The notes under the pieces were generated by a model. It had not been told where the DNA came from and made no database searches. It saw only the letters and a program-made list of their open reading frames with translations. Positions 26,400-37,650 of a DNA stretch of 64,000 bases are shown one piece after another; the first letter of the stretch is position 1; the number at the start of each line of letters is the position of its first letter. This DNA is from Octopus sinensis (lineage: Eukaryota). The stretch spans positions 161,758,001 through 161,822,000 of the forward strand of contig NC_043000.1 of assembly GCF_006345805.1 (NCBI RefSeq). The letters run 5' to 3'. The position numbers were made by a program, and so were the translations under genes.

Positions 26400-27240
26400 A
26401 CTAACCAATGTTGGGTTACTGACTTCATAATCACAGCCATCTCCTGGAGAGGATGTAGTCAATCTGGCACGTGTATCCACCAGATAGGTAATCAAGTGGT
26501 TGGCTGTTTTTCTAAAGTTAGTGTAGTAGACCATCAAATCCATTGCACCACATAACTCCTGCAGCCTTGTTCCTTCTTCATTTCTAGAATCCAAACTGTA
26601 ACTCAATGTACACCATGGAATTCTTAAGAGTGCTGCTCACCAGCCATAATGATAAACTTACCATTCATCATTAGGGTAATCTGCAAAAGGCTTCATAAAA
26701 TCAGTTCTAGTCATCTACCAGTCTAGATTGAGTGGGATATGCAGAAATAGACATCTGAAGGCGGAAAGCTGGCAGAAACGTTAGCACACCAGGTGAAATG
26801 CTTAGCGGCATTTCGTCTGTCGTTATGTTCTGAGTTCAAATTCCGCCAAGGTCGACTTTACCTTTCATCCTTTTGGGGTCGATAAATTAGGTACCAGTTA
26901 TGCACTGGGGTCAATGTAATCGACTTCATCCCTTTGTCTATCCTTGTTTGTCCCCTCTATGTTTAGCCCCTTGTGGGCAATAAAGAAATAAGAAATAGAC
27001 ATCTGAGCTTAGCTGTCCTATCACACTCTGCCACAATCACCTTATCTATCCATTTCTCACTCCAAAGTATTCCTTCATTTCCAGCTCATCGTATCATTGT
27101 TGCCCATCCACAAGAATTTATGCCTTTGTTTTTTGTTATCATCTTCTGTTGTCTCCCCTCGTGCACTTGAGCATTTCAACACATCTGCCTTAGTTTTCAT
27201 AGTGCACGTACCGAATGTGGATTCTGTAAAGTTATGAACT
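26400..27240 (-). mobile_element. Old RTE LINE endonuclease remnant, interrupted by a SINE
   Basis: 'SEKWIDKVIV', 'ISAYPTQ', 'RNEEGTRLQELCGAMDLMVYYTNFRKTANHLITY' parallel the RTE at 35849-36078. Confidence 0.7.
26759..26990 (+). mobile_element. SINE family M monomer with Tx1-like tail and 16-bp TSD
   Basis: TSD AGAAATAGACATCTGA at 26743-26758 and 26991-27006; ends CAATAAAGAAATA. Confidence 0.9.
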
Positions 27241-29164
27241 TGATAGGGAGAATAAGTGGATAGCAGGGGAGCAGTTTTAAAAAACCTGAGTGCAAGGTTT
27301 GTATAAACACTTGCCTTCAGGCAGAAGATTCTTGCACATGTCCAATTATATAAATATTACCACTCAATGAATTACTGTTCCCTTAAATCTTAAAACTATT
27401 AGGCCATGTACCTGCAGAAGAAAAAGAAGGGGGCGGCTAAACATTAAAGTGGCCCCAGATGAGAGACAGAAGAAGGAAGGGACACATAGTAAGCAATGTT
27501 GTGGAAAATTGACAGTGGTGAGGGTGTGTACATACAGACACCACACAAATATTATATGCACTCATACACACTCACATAAATATCTAAACAATAAATCTAT
27601 ACATACATACATGCATGGCTGGTAGTGATAGTTGCCAAGGGAGCAAATTATGTATGGTTTGGTGGGGGGGGGGATAGGAGAGAGAAGGTAAGTGGACAGC
27701 TATCCCTCCTAAAATGATTATAGAAAATTAAAACATGAATGATCCTACATTTAAAAGACTCAAACTAATGCTTTGAGAATATAGTTGATTAAATAATACA
27801 AGCTTAAAGTATAAAGGATAGAGATAGAAAAGCAGTTTAAGTATTCAGTTAGGTATATTACATGAAAATAAAAGGTTTACTGAAAATAAAAAGCTTGCTA
27901 TGATAATATTTTCTATTTATTTAATAAAAAAATCAATTCAATCTAATATACTGGAATGCTAAACACAATTTAGATTTGTAACAATTTCATAAAATTAATT
28001 AATATGAATTTGGAGTGCCATTGAACTGCATTTTCTTTAGTATTTTTTAAGTTTTTCTAATTCATGTTTTACAAATTTCTCCTTATATTAGTATGAAAAT
28101 ATTAAATTATATATTCTATTCCTTAAAGAGACAATGATCTTTCTTCTCTTTTTTTTTATATAAAATTTTCAAATTATTAGAAATTAACCAAAGTCTACCT
28201 GTCCAGTGATCTTCGTTTTCTCATTAAAAGTAACAATACAAATTTTTAAACTAATGCCCACTGATGACCTATTAAATAGCCTCGTAATCTTAATACTTTA
28301 GTTCGGTAAATCTCATTCGTTATATTTTTTGCATGCTGTGCAACATCTTAATACTATTTCCTAAAATCATGAGTCTCTTGAGATTGCTTATGGTTAATAT
28401 CTGGTTTCCTTTTCGATTTATTCATGACTCTCAATCATTTTGCCAATTTATATATTCACTTAATTTTTTTTTTTTTTCATTCCTTGTAAACTTAAATTTT
28501 GTGAACTGATCCTTAAACAAAAAAACATTTCTGAAATTACATTATATCAAATTGATTGTGTGTTGTGTATAATTATTTGAAATGTATAATGATGCTAGAA
28601 TATCATGAATTATGCTTTGTTTGTCAGACACCTTAAAATAAAAATTCAAAAACTAAATAGGATAAAGTGTCTAATTAGAAGCAACGAATTTATGGGCTTA
28701 GTAATTTGATATAATAACAATATCTTATATTTCTATAAGAAAGTAAGACATTCAATGGCTACAGCATTATTTTTTTTTTTTTTTTGTCATGGTTTGATAT
28801 ATTAGCTAATATTTGAAGGTCACAGAATATATTTTCTTTAGCGTGTAAACCAAGAGATAATGGAATGTAATGTGTGTGCCTGAGTATGTAGCTCAGTACA
28901 TCACTATAAAGTCATGATTACTGAAATATATAATGATGTTTGATCATGAAATACATTATCTAGCACCTAATGTCTGATGATAGTGATTCAGAGAAACTTA
29001 AAAGGGTATGTCAGACAGTACAGTGGAATGTCAAATGGTACAATGGAATAAAGTAGCTCTGGAAATGAAAATAATGCTGAATTTGATAGTATTTAGAAAT
29101 CAGTGGTTGAATTTATGAAGAATCAGTGCACCAGTTTGTGAAGACAAACATCCTCTGAGTAGTT

Positions 29165-29199
<35 letters not shown>

Positions 29200-29625
29200 T
29201 TAACATCCGCTTTCCATGCTAGCATGGGTTGGACGATTTTGACTGAGGGCTGGTGAACCAGATGGCTGCACCAGGCTCCAATCTTGATCTGGCAGAGTTT
29301 CTACAGCTGGATGCCCTTCCTAACGCCAACCACTCCGAGAGTGTAGTGGGTGCTTTTACGTGCCACGGGCATGGGGCTAGTCAGGCGGTACAGGCAATGA
29401 CCTCGCTCGAATCTTTTTACACATGCCACCGGCACAGGTGCCAGTAAGGCGACGCTGGTAACGATCACGCTCAAATGGTGCCTTTTACGTGCCACCGGCA
29501 CAGAAGCCAGTTAGCCACTCTGGCGATGATCACACTCGGATGATGCTCTTGGCACCCTACTAGCATGGGCACAAGTGCCAGTAAGGCGACGCTGGTAACG
29601 ATCACACTCAAATGGTGCCTTTCTC
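29165..29625 (-). mobile_element. RTE 3'UTR fragment with (GAT)n tail
   Basis: GCTGGATGCCCTTCCTAACGCCAACC motif and (CAT)n as in 32655-33266. Confidence 0.85.
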
Positions 29626-29811
29626 TTAATTTTCTGTATAAGGAACTTTTAACAACAGAGGCTTCCTATGCAGAGGAGGCCCTGATCAATACTATATAAA
29701 TTTTATAATAGAAAATATTTGATAAAAAGGGCAGGGTGTTACTACTAATATGTTTTGTGACATAAGAGGCTGAATTGCCATTCAGATAATCTGAAAATAT
29801 GTAACAGCAGT

Positions 29812-29990
29812 ACAGGTGTGGTTGTGTAGTTAAAAATCTCATTTCTCACCCAAGTAATTTTGGGTTCAGTCCCACAGAACAGCATCTTGAGAAAGTTTTT
29901 TATACCATGGTCACCACCAAAGCTTTGTGAGTGAATTTGGTCAGTGGAGAATGAAGAGAGCCAGATGCGTGTGTGTGTGTGTGTGTGTGT
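29812..29990 (+). mobile_element. Degenerate SINE family C, 5' half
   Basis: Diverged match to the 58498 head. Confidence 0.55.
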
Positions 29991-30334
29991 GTGTGATTAT
30001 GTGAGTGCATGAGTGTGTATGTTTCTTTCTGCCTGTCTTAACATCTCATGCTAATTGAAAAGCAAACATAATCCTCATGCAAGCAGTGCAACTTTTCACA
30101 ATCTCCCATGAAAATATGCTCCAGACTTGGGAAAATTATTGCCTTGCTTGGAAACACATGAAGGTCGGTTATCAGAAGAACATTTTACCATAGAAATTTG
30201 CCTAAGTCAATCTCCATTTGACTCATGCTAGCATGGATAACTAGCCATTAAAATTATGATGATGATGATGATGATGACAGCAACAACAATGAAGACAATG
30301 ACCATGTTGATAATGATGATGATGATGATGATGT

Positions 30335-30660
30335 AAGCATCTTGAGAGAAAAGTTAGACATAACAGGAATCAGATGCGGTATGCAAGAGAGACGACTGCA
30401 CTGATATGGTCATGTGATGTGTATGGACGAGGACAGCTGTGTAAAGAAGTGCTGATCTTTAACTGTGGAGGGAACCTGTGGTAGAGGCAGACCCAGGAAG
30501 TCATGGGATGAGGTGGTGAAGCATGATCTTCAGACTTTGAGCCTCACAGAGGCAATGACTGGTGACCGAGACCTTTGGCGATGTGCTGTGCCTGAAAGGA
30601 CCCATCAAACCAAGTGCACCCATGCTGGTGGCATATAAAGAACACCCTTTGAATGTTGGG
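30335..30660 (+). mobile_element. RTE ORF2 C-terminal fragment
   Basis: Matches the end of ORF 33267..34841 (LREKLD..ERRLH*YGHV..GTCGRGRPRK.WDEVVKHDL). Confidence 0.85.
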
Positions 30661-30779
30661 CCTCACAGAGGTAAAATGGCTGAGTTCCTCTCAAGCGCTG
30701 GGCCTGGTGTTGGGGTTAGGTTGTTATTCAGTAGCCATTTAAGGATTGTATCAATGCAGTATCAGCTAGTAGCTCATTC

Positions 30780-32654
30780 CTAGATTTTTGCAATACCCTC
30801 TTTAATGTATCTACAAAACATTCCACTAGTCCATTCAATCTCGGATGGTATGGCAGAGTAATAATATACTCCATTGCATGCATTTTGCAGAAGTTTTTAA
30901 ATTCCTTCGACGTGAACTGTGTTCCGTTATCAGACAGTGTAGTGTCTGGGATGCCATATCATGCAAAAAGTTCGTACAGAAATTCCATTGTTACTTTCGT
31001 TGGCATCCCACATTTACATATTTGTGGTCATTTCATGTAACTATCCACAACTATTAGGTAACAACCTCCATTTAACAGTCCTGCAAAGTCTATGTGTAAT
31101 CTGGACCAAGGTATGTCAGTCTTGGGCCTAGACTGAATTTTTATAGGTGGTGCTTTTGCCACCAATTTTTCAATATCCTGATCCATATTCGACCAGTAAA
31201 CGTAGTTCCTCATCAGTGCTTTCATTCTCACAATTCCTGGATGTCTCAAGTGGAATTCTTTTAGCATACGATTTTGCAAAGAAACAGGTATTACAACCTT
31301 CTGAGCATACATAAGTATGTCATCGTATATCGAATACCATTTCAAAACTGCATGATGCTCGGCTACATGAATTTTTCTATTTGTTTCTGACTTCACTATT
31401 TTTATCATTATTATGGACACATCCATCTCTGCTTTAATTTTTATTTCCTCTAAAGTGACAGATAGTTTGCATACTATGTTGTAGAGTATATTTCTTATTT
31501 CAATTCCAGCTTTTAATGCCAATATTGCTGTGTCCTCTAACATTTAGGTATCACTCTTGACAGTCCATCTGCCTGTCCCAGTTTTTTCAATGGTAGAAAT
31601 TCCATCTTAAAGTCATAATTTGGCAGGATCATCCCCCATCATTGCAATCAGTTGGTTATATGCAAGGGGATACCCTTTTTTCAATCTGCAAATTGACAAC
31701 AATGGGCGGTAATCTGTCTGCAGACTGAATTTCCTTCCATGTATGAATTTGCGAAATGCTCTTCACCACGAAATTAATGGCTAATGCCTTCTCCTCAATT
31801 TGGTTGTAGTATTTTTCAGCCATTAACAATGAATGTGAAACATGAGCGATGGGTTTTAAGCTACCATTTTCACACTTGTGTAAAATTACCGTTCCTATAT
31901 CACTTCCACTAGCATCTGATGCTACAACTATTTTTAAATTTGGATCAAAGTGCGATAATGACAGTTCTGATGTTAAAACTTTTTTTATTTCTTCAAATGC
32001 TTTTTGGCACCTGTCTGACCAACTCCATTTAATGTCATTTTCCAATAGGTTGTTTAAGGGTGCTCTTAGCTCATGCATATTCAGTATGTATGCTTAGTAA
32101 TAGATTGTGAGCCCCAAGAATGCTTGTAATATTGTAATAGTTATCAGGAGAGACATATTTTTTATTGCAGTCCATCTTAAAGGTTTAGGCCTGCAACCAT
32201 TTTTATCGATAACTTGCCCTAAATACTTTAATTCTGGCATGAATAATTCGCATTTCCCTCGCTAAGTTTAAATCTATATTCCTTTATTCTTTCAAGGACA
32301 TTTTTAACATGTTCCTCATGCTGGCCTTGAGTCTCACTTTTTATGAGTATGTCATCCAAGTAAGCTATAGCGAAATCCGTATCAGCAAGAATAATGTCCA
32401 TCACCTGCTGAAAAATACCAGGTACCACTTTTATCCCAATAGGAAGTCAATTGAATTTATATAGACCTTTGTTTATCATTAATAATTTCGAACATTCCTC
32501 CTTGACTTGTAACGGTAAATACACCTCCGACAAGACCAGCTCTAAAAAAGTTTTTCTTTATTAAGTTTCGCAAAAATTTCCTCCAGACTTGGTATTAAGG
32601 AATTGTATGTCCTCAAATATTCATTCAATCCTGTTAAAAAGTCAGCACATACTC
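30780..32654 (-). mobile_element. Ty3/Gypsy pol, 3' part (RT, RNase H, integrase), degenerate
   Basis: 'RVCADF', 'IAYLDDIL', 'VASDASG..IGTVI..PIAHVS', 'HLRHPGIVRMKALMRNYVYW..PWSRLHIDFAG', 'SDNGTQFTSKEF'. Confidence 0.9.
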
Positions 32655-35600
32655 ATCATCATCATCATCATCATCGTTTAGCGTCCGTTTTCCATGCTAG
32701 CATGGGTTGGACGGTTCTACTGGGGTCTGTGAAGCCAGAAGTCTTCATCAGGCCCAGTCAAATCTGGCAGTGTTTCTACGGCTGGATGCCCTTCCTAACG
32801 CCAACCACTCCGTGAGTGTAGTGGGTGCTTTTTACGTGCCACCCGCACTGGTGCCAGACAGAGCTGGCAAACGGCCACGAACGGATGGTGCTTTTTATGT
32901 GCCACCGGCACGAGGGCCAGGCGAGGCTGGCAACGGACACGAAACGGGGCGGTGCTGGCAACGGTCGCGAAACGGAAAGTTCTCTTACATGCCACCGGCA
33001 CTGGTAACACATCTGCAATTTCCATTGATCGATTTCCATTGATCGATTTCGATTCTGATCGTCACTTGCCTCAACGGGTCTTCACAAGCAGAGTTTTGAC
33101 ATGCCACCGGCACTGGTAGCACATCCGCAATTTCCATTGATCGATTTCGATTCTGATCCTCACTTGCCTCATCACGTCTTCACAAGTAGAGTTTTGTGTC
33201 CCAAGAAGGGAAGGTATGCATACGTAGGCTGGCTCCATCCCATGTAGAAGGCCACGGGTTATGGACTCACTTGTCCTGCCGGGTCTTCTCGCGCACAGCA
33301 CACTTCCAGAGGTCTCGGTCTCTAGTCATTTCCTCAGTGAGACCTAAAGTTCGAAGGTCGTGCTTCACCACCTCATCCCAGGTTTTCCTGGGTCTGCCTC
33401 TTCCACAGGTTCCCTCAACCGCTAGGGTGTGGCACTTTTTCACACAACTATCTTCATCCATTCTCGCCACATGACCATACCAGTGCAAACGTCTCTCTTG
33501 CACACCACAACTGATGCTTCTTAGGTCCAACTTTTCTCTCAAGGTACTTACACTCTGCCGAGTGTGAGTACCGGCATTACACATCCATCGGAGCATACTG
33601 GCTTCATTTCTAGCGAGCTTACGCATATCCTCAGCAGTCACGGCCCATGTTTCACTGCCATGTAGCATGGCTGTTCGTACACACGCATCATACAGTCTGC
33701 CTTTCACTCTGTGCGAGAGGCCTTTTGTCACCAGCAGAGGTAAGAGCTCTCTGAACTTTGCCCAAGCTATTCTTACTCTAGCAGTTACACTTTCAGCACA
33801 CCCGCCCCCGCTGCTGACTTGGTCACCTAGGTAACGGAAACTATCAACTATTTCTAGTTTTTCTCCCTGGAAAGTGACGGAAGTTGGTCTCAGAGCATTT
33901 TCAGTGTTTATTGTTCCTGAGCATCTGCCACATACAAAAACCATCTTCCTAGTTAGCCTTCCTTTGACATTGCTGCATCTCTTATGTGTCCATAGCTTAC
34001 ACTTGGTGCATCTTATAGAGTTTCTACCTACACCTTTTCTACAGATCGAGCAGGGCCATCTACCTGAAGGTGTTTGTGATTTGTCTACCTTCCTACTGAT
34101 TACGACTTTGGTTTTAGCTAGATTGACTCTGAGGCCCTTCGATTCTAATCCTTGTTTCCACACCTGAAACTTCTCCTCCAGTTCTGATAGCGACTCAGCA
34201 ATTAGAGCAAGGTCATCAGCATAGAGGAGCTCCCAAGGGCATCCTGTCTTGAATTCCTCCGTTATTGCCTGGAGGACTATGATAAATAGGAGGGGGCTGA
34301 GTACTGAGCCTTGGTGGACTCCTACCTCTACCCGGAATTCTTCACTGTACACATTTCCAACCCTCACCCTACTAGCGGCGTCCCTGTACATGGCCCGCAC
34401 AGCTCTCACTAACCATTCATCTATCCCTAGTTTCCTCATTGCCCACCAGATAAGGGATCGGGGGACCCTGTCGAAGGCTTTCTCCATGTCAACAAAAGCC
34501 AGGTACAGGGGCTTATCTTTGGCTAGGTATTTCTCCTGCAGCTGCCTTACCAGGAATATAGCATCAGTAGTACTTTTCCCTGGCACAAACCCAAACTGCA
34601 TCTCATCTAAACTAACTCTCTCTCTAATTAGTTGGGCTATGACCCTCTCCGTAACCTTCATCACCTGGTCCAACAGCTTGATACCTCTGTAGTTATTTGT
34701 ATCTAGGGCATCACCTTTACCTTTGTAGCAGTTGACTATTATACTGCTACACCAGTCATTGGGTATGACCCCTTTGTGTATCACCTGATTAACTATATGG
34801 GTGACTAGGCTATAGCCGACACTACCAGACATTTTGAGCATCTCTGCAGTGATTCCTGATGGGCCTGGGGCTTTCCGTCTTCATGCTTCTAATTGCCTTA
34901 GCTACCACGGAACTATCAACTCGGATAGCTGGTCCCTCTGTTGGGTCAACATTCGGCAGACTCTCTTTATCCCATTCATTTTCTTCATTCAGCAACCTTT
35001 CATAGTGGCATCTCCAAACCTCTCTCTTTGCATCCTCATTTAGCGCAAGTGAACCATCTTCCATGCAAACACACTTCTCTCCTACCACATCATGATTCTC
35101 TCTCACACACTGTCTTGCAACACGAAACACCTCCAGTCTTTGGTCCTCACGGCGCAGAACATTGGCAAATTTTTTCTTATCTGCTTCCCCTCTGGCTAAA
35201 TAAACCTGTCTCCTAGCTTCTCTTTTGGCAGTCTGATACAATCCCCTGCTACCCCCATTTTTCCAGACCTTCCAAGCCTGTCTCTTTTCTCTAATAGCCC
35301 TGTCTACAATATTGTTCCACCACCACGTATTCTAGGTCGAGAGGGGACTTTGCACCAGCCACAGATCTGGTCAGTGGCTCTCAGCAGGTTGTCCCTTAGA
35401 AACGTCCAGCTGTCTTCTACCCCCTGTGATGCTCTATCCCCTTCTACTTCGTCAGAGGCTTCAAGTAATATGTCCCTAAATCTCTGTCCATTTGCAGGAT
35501 CTTTAAGCTTCCAGATCCTTCTTCTCCATATTTGTCGTCTTCTGGTTGTCCTCCTAGTCCTGATCCTAAAGTCACTAACTACCAGTCTATGTTGTGGGGT

Positions 35601-36078
35601 ACATTCTTCACCTGGGAAGGTTTTGGCATTTATAAGCAGCTATCTCTCCCTTTGCCTTGTAAGGATGTAGTCAATTTGGCTGGTATGTTGGCCCGATTGG
35701 TAAGTGACTAGGTGGCTGGTAGGTTCCTGAAGTTAGTGTTGCAAATCATAAGATTATTTGCATCGCAGAACTCCAGCAGCCTGGTTCCCTCCTCGTTGCG
35801 GGAGCCATAGCCATAGCCTCCATGTACGCCATGGAAGCCCCCAGCATGTCATCCAACGTGACCATTGAAGTCACCAGCCACAAAGATAAGGTCTCTGTCG
35901 TTCGTCAACGAGGTAGTCTGCAGTAGAGTGTCATAGAATTGGTCTTTCTGTCCATCGGGTAGCCCCGACTGAGGAGCATAGGCTGATATAATGGTTGCTA
36001 AACTATGATGAAGCACTAATCTAATCTTAAGTATTCTGTCACATACTCTGATTACCTCAATTACTTTATCTACCCATT
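32655..36078 (-). mobile_element. 5'-truncated RTE-clade LINE (3.4 kb): partial APE, RT, long 3'UTR, (GAT)n tail
   Basis: 'IISAYAPQ..IFVAGDFNGHVG', 'NYRGIKLL', 'QFGFVPGKSTTDAIF', 'LAFVDMEKAFDRVP', 'GVHQGSVLSPLLF', 'LLYADDLAL'. Confidence 0.95.
33267..34841 (-). CDS. RTE ORF2 fragment (524 aa): reverse transcriptase with PHD-like finger
   Basis: Uninterrupted ORF with RT motifs including YADD; upstream portion frameshifted. Confidence 0.9.
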   Translation of the reverse strand: MLKMSGSVGYSLVTHIVNQVIHKGVIPNDWCSSIIVNCYKGKGDALDTNNYRGIKLLDQVMKVTERVIAQLIRERVSLDEMQFGFVPGKSTTDAIFLVRQLQEKYLAKDKPLYLAFVDMEKAFDRVPRSLIWWAMRKLGIDEWLVRAVRAMYRDAASRVRVGNVYSEEFRVEVGVHQGSVLSPLLFIIVLQAITEEFKTGCPWELLYADDLALIAESLSELEEKFQVWKQGLESKGLRVNLAKTKVVISRKVDKSQTPSGRWPCSICRKGVGRNSIRCTKCKLWTHKRCSNVKGRLTRKMVFVCGRCSGTINTENALRPTSVTFQGEKLEIVDSFRYLGDQVSSGGGCAESVTARVRIAWAKFRELLPLLVTKGLSHRVKGRLYDACVRTAMLHGSETWAVTAEDMRKLARNEASMLRWMCNAGTHTRQSVSTLREKLDLRSISCGVQERRLHWYGHVARMDEDSCVKKCHTLAVEGTCGRGRPRKTWDEVVKHDLRTLGLTEEMTRDRDLWKCAVREKTRQDK

Positions 36079-37510
36079 TTATTTTTTGGTTTTTCTTTGC
36101 ATAAACAGTTGGTGATGCCCATTCTGAATAATCAGTCTTTTCTATAACTCCAAGCTTTTCAAGTCTATCCAATTCCTCATTGACTTGATTCAACACCACG
36201 AAAGGTACAGCTCACTTCTTCGGTTTAAATACCAATACAGCATTTTCTTTCACTTGTGATTTTACTTTTGTCTTGGTGCACCAACCAAATTCTTCAGAAA
36301 GAACATCAGGAAAAGGCTTTTTAATTTCTTTTTTAAAATCCTCCAATGTCTTATTTGAACTGGTGTAAGAACTGTTTATATAATTACACAAAGTATTTAT
36401 GAGGTCACATAAATTAAATAGTTCCATCCAGTCTGTGCAAAATAGGTTTGTCATATTTTTTAATACAAAAACTTTGAATTAGAAAGTTTTTCCACGAAAT
36501 TTCACCTCACTTATTATTTCACCCAAAAATCACAATTGTTTCCCTGAAATACTTCTCTCAATTTTCGAAGGTTTTCCAATATAAGCTTTCCTATTTTTAT
36601 CCATGCATCATTGTTAGTCATTGTCCAGTTGTAGTCTCATATTCACATCATTTTTATAGAGACTAATTTTCTTTTAATTCCTCGTTTTGCATTTGCATTG
36701 GCAATACTTCTTTTCTCAAATTTTTTTCGTTCAACCTTTTTTTGTTTCACCCAACAATGTGAATTCTTATGTCCGATTTTTCCACATCCCAAACATTTTA
36801 AATTTTTAAAAGGACAGTTTCTTTTAAAATGTATTTCTCCATACCCATAGCAAGGTTTAGGTCTTGACTGTTGCTTTTCTTTTTTCTTATCTGTTACAGG
36901 TCGACACGTATGTATATTTAAATAATCGTTTTCAATTTTTTTATGTGTCCTGTCATAAATTTATTCATTCTTCAACCACTGCCTTTAGAGTTAATTTCAA
37001 ATCCTGTTCTAGTTTTGTCAATATCTAAGCCCATATCTCCACAGCTTTGCTTGTAATTAATCCTTGTACAAAGATTAGACATTTGAACATATCTGAAATT
37101 AATTCATTTAGCTTAAATTTTTCACATGCCCTATTTACGATTCCAGGATATGTGACAAAATCTTCAGTTCCTCTTTTTTTCAAATTCAAGCACTCCCAGC
37201 AAATACTAAATAGTGAACTTCTTTCACTGAATATTTTAGATAACAGGTTAATTGTTTCCTCAAAACAAATTTCAGATGGTTTTTCTCAGCAGGATGTAAT
37301 TACAATACTTTCCATGTTCTGTGGGTGATAATTTCCTTAGAAGAAGTCGTACCTTCTTCTCGTCTGTCCAGTTTCTACATTCTTCTTTGAAGATTCCTTC
37401 ATACCTTCAGAAAAATATGCAGAAAATGTAATCCCTTCTTCTGGATTATAAGTAAATTCTTCAATTGAATTATAAACCTGAAGTGTTTTTGGACAGCAAC
37501 AATAATTCCA
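36079..37510 (-). mobile_element. Ty3/Gypsy gag-protease-RT start, degenerate
   Basis: 'EFTYNPEEGITF..WTDEKKVRLLLRKL..FKCLIFVQG' gag; 'EELDRLEKLGVIEKTDYSEWASPTVYAKK'; no LTRs recognised. Confidence 0.85.
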
Positions 37511-37554
37511 ACAACTGTTGATTTTGCTGTTGTTGTTGTTTTAGTTGCTGTTAC

Positions 37555-37650
37555 TGTTGATAAAATAAGTACCAGTTGAGCACTGGGGTCAATCTAATGA
37601 ACTTACCCCCTCCCCGAAATTGCTGGCCTTGTGCCAAAATTTGAAATCTG
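37555..37650 (+). mobile_element. SINE family M 3' fragment (second tail type)
   Basis: GATAAAATAAGTACCAG..CACTGGGGTC..GGCCTTGTGCC. Confidence 0.7.

Noticed and set aside
28950-29010. MSDDSDSEKLKR with a GTATGT donor, and C/D-box-like words
   Set aside because: Isolated, weak acceptor, box C imperfect, no partner exon
33874-35670. Plus-strand ORFs over the RTE (also over the CR1 and Gypsy elements)
   Set aside because: Antisense shadows of element coding frames
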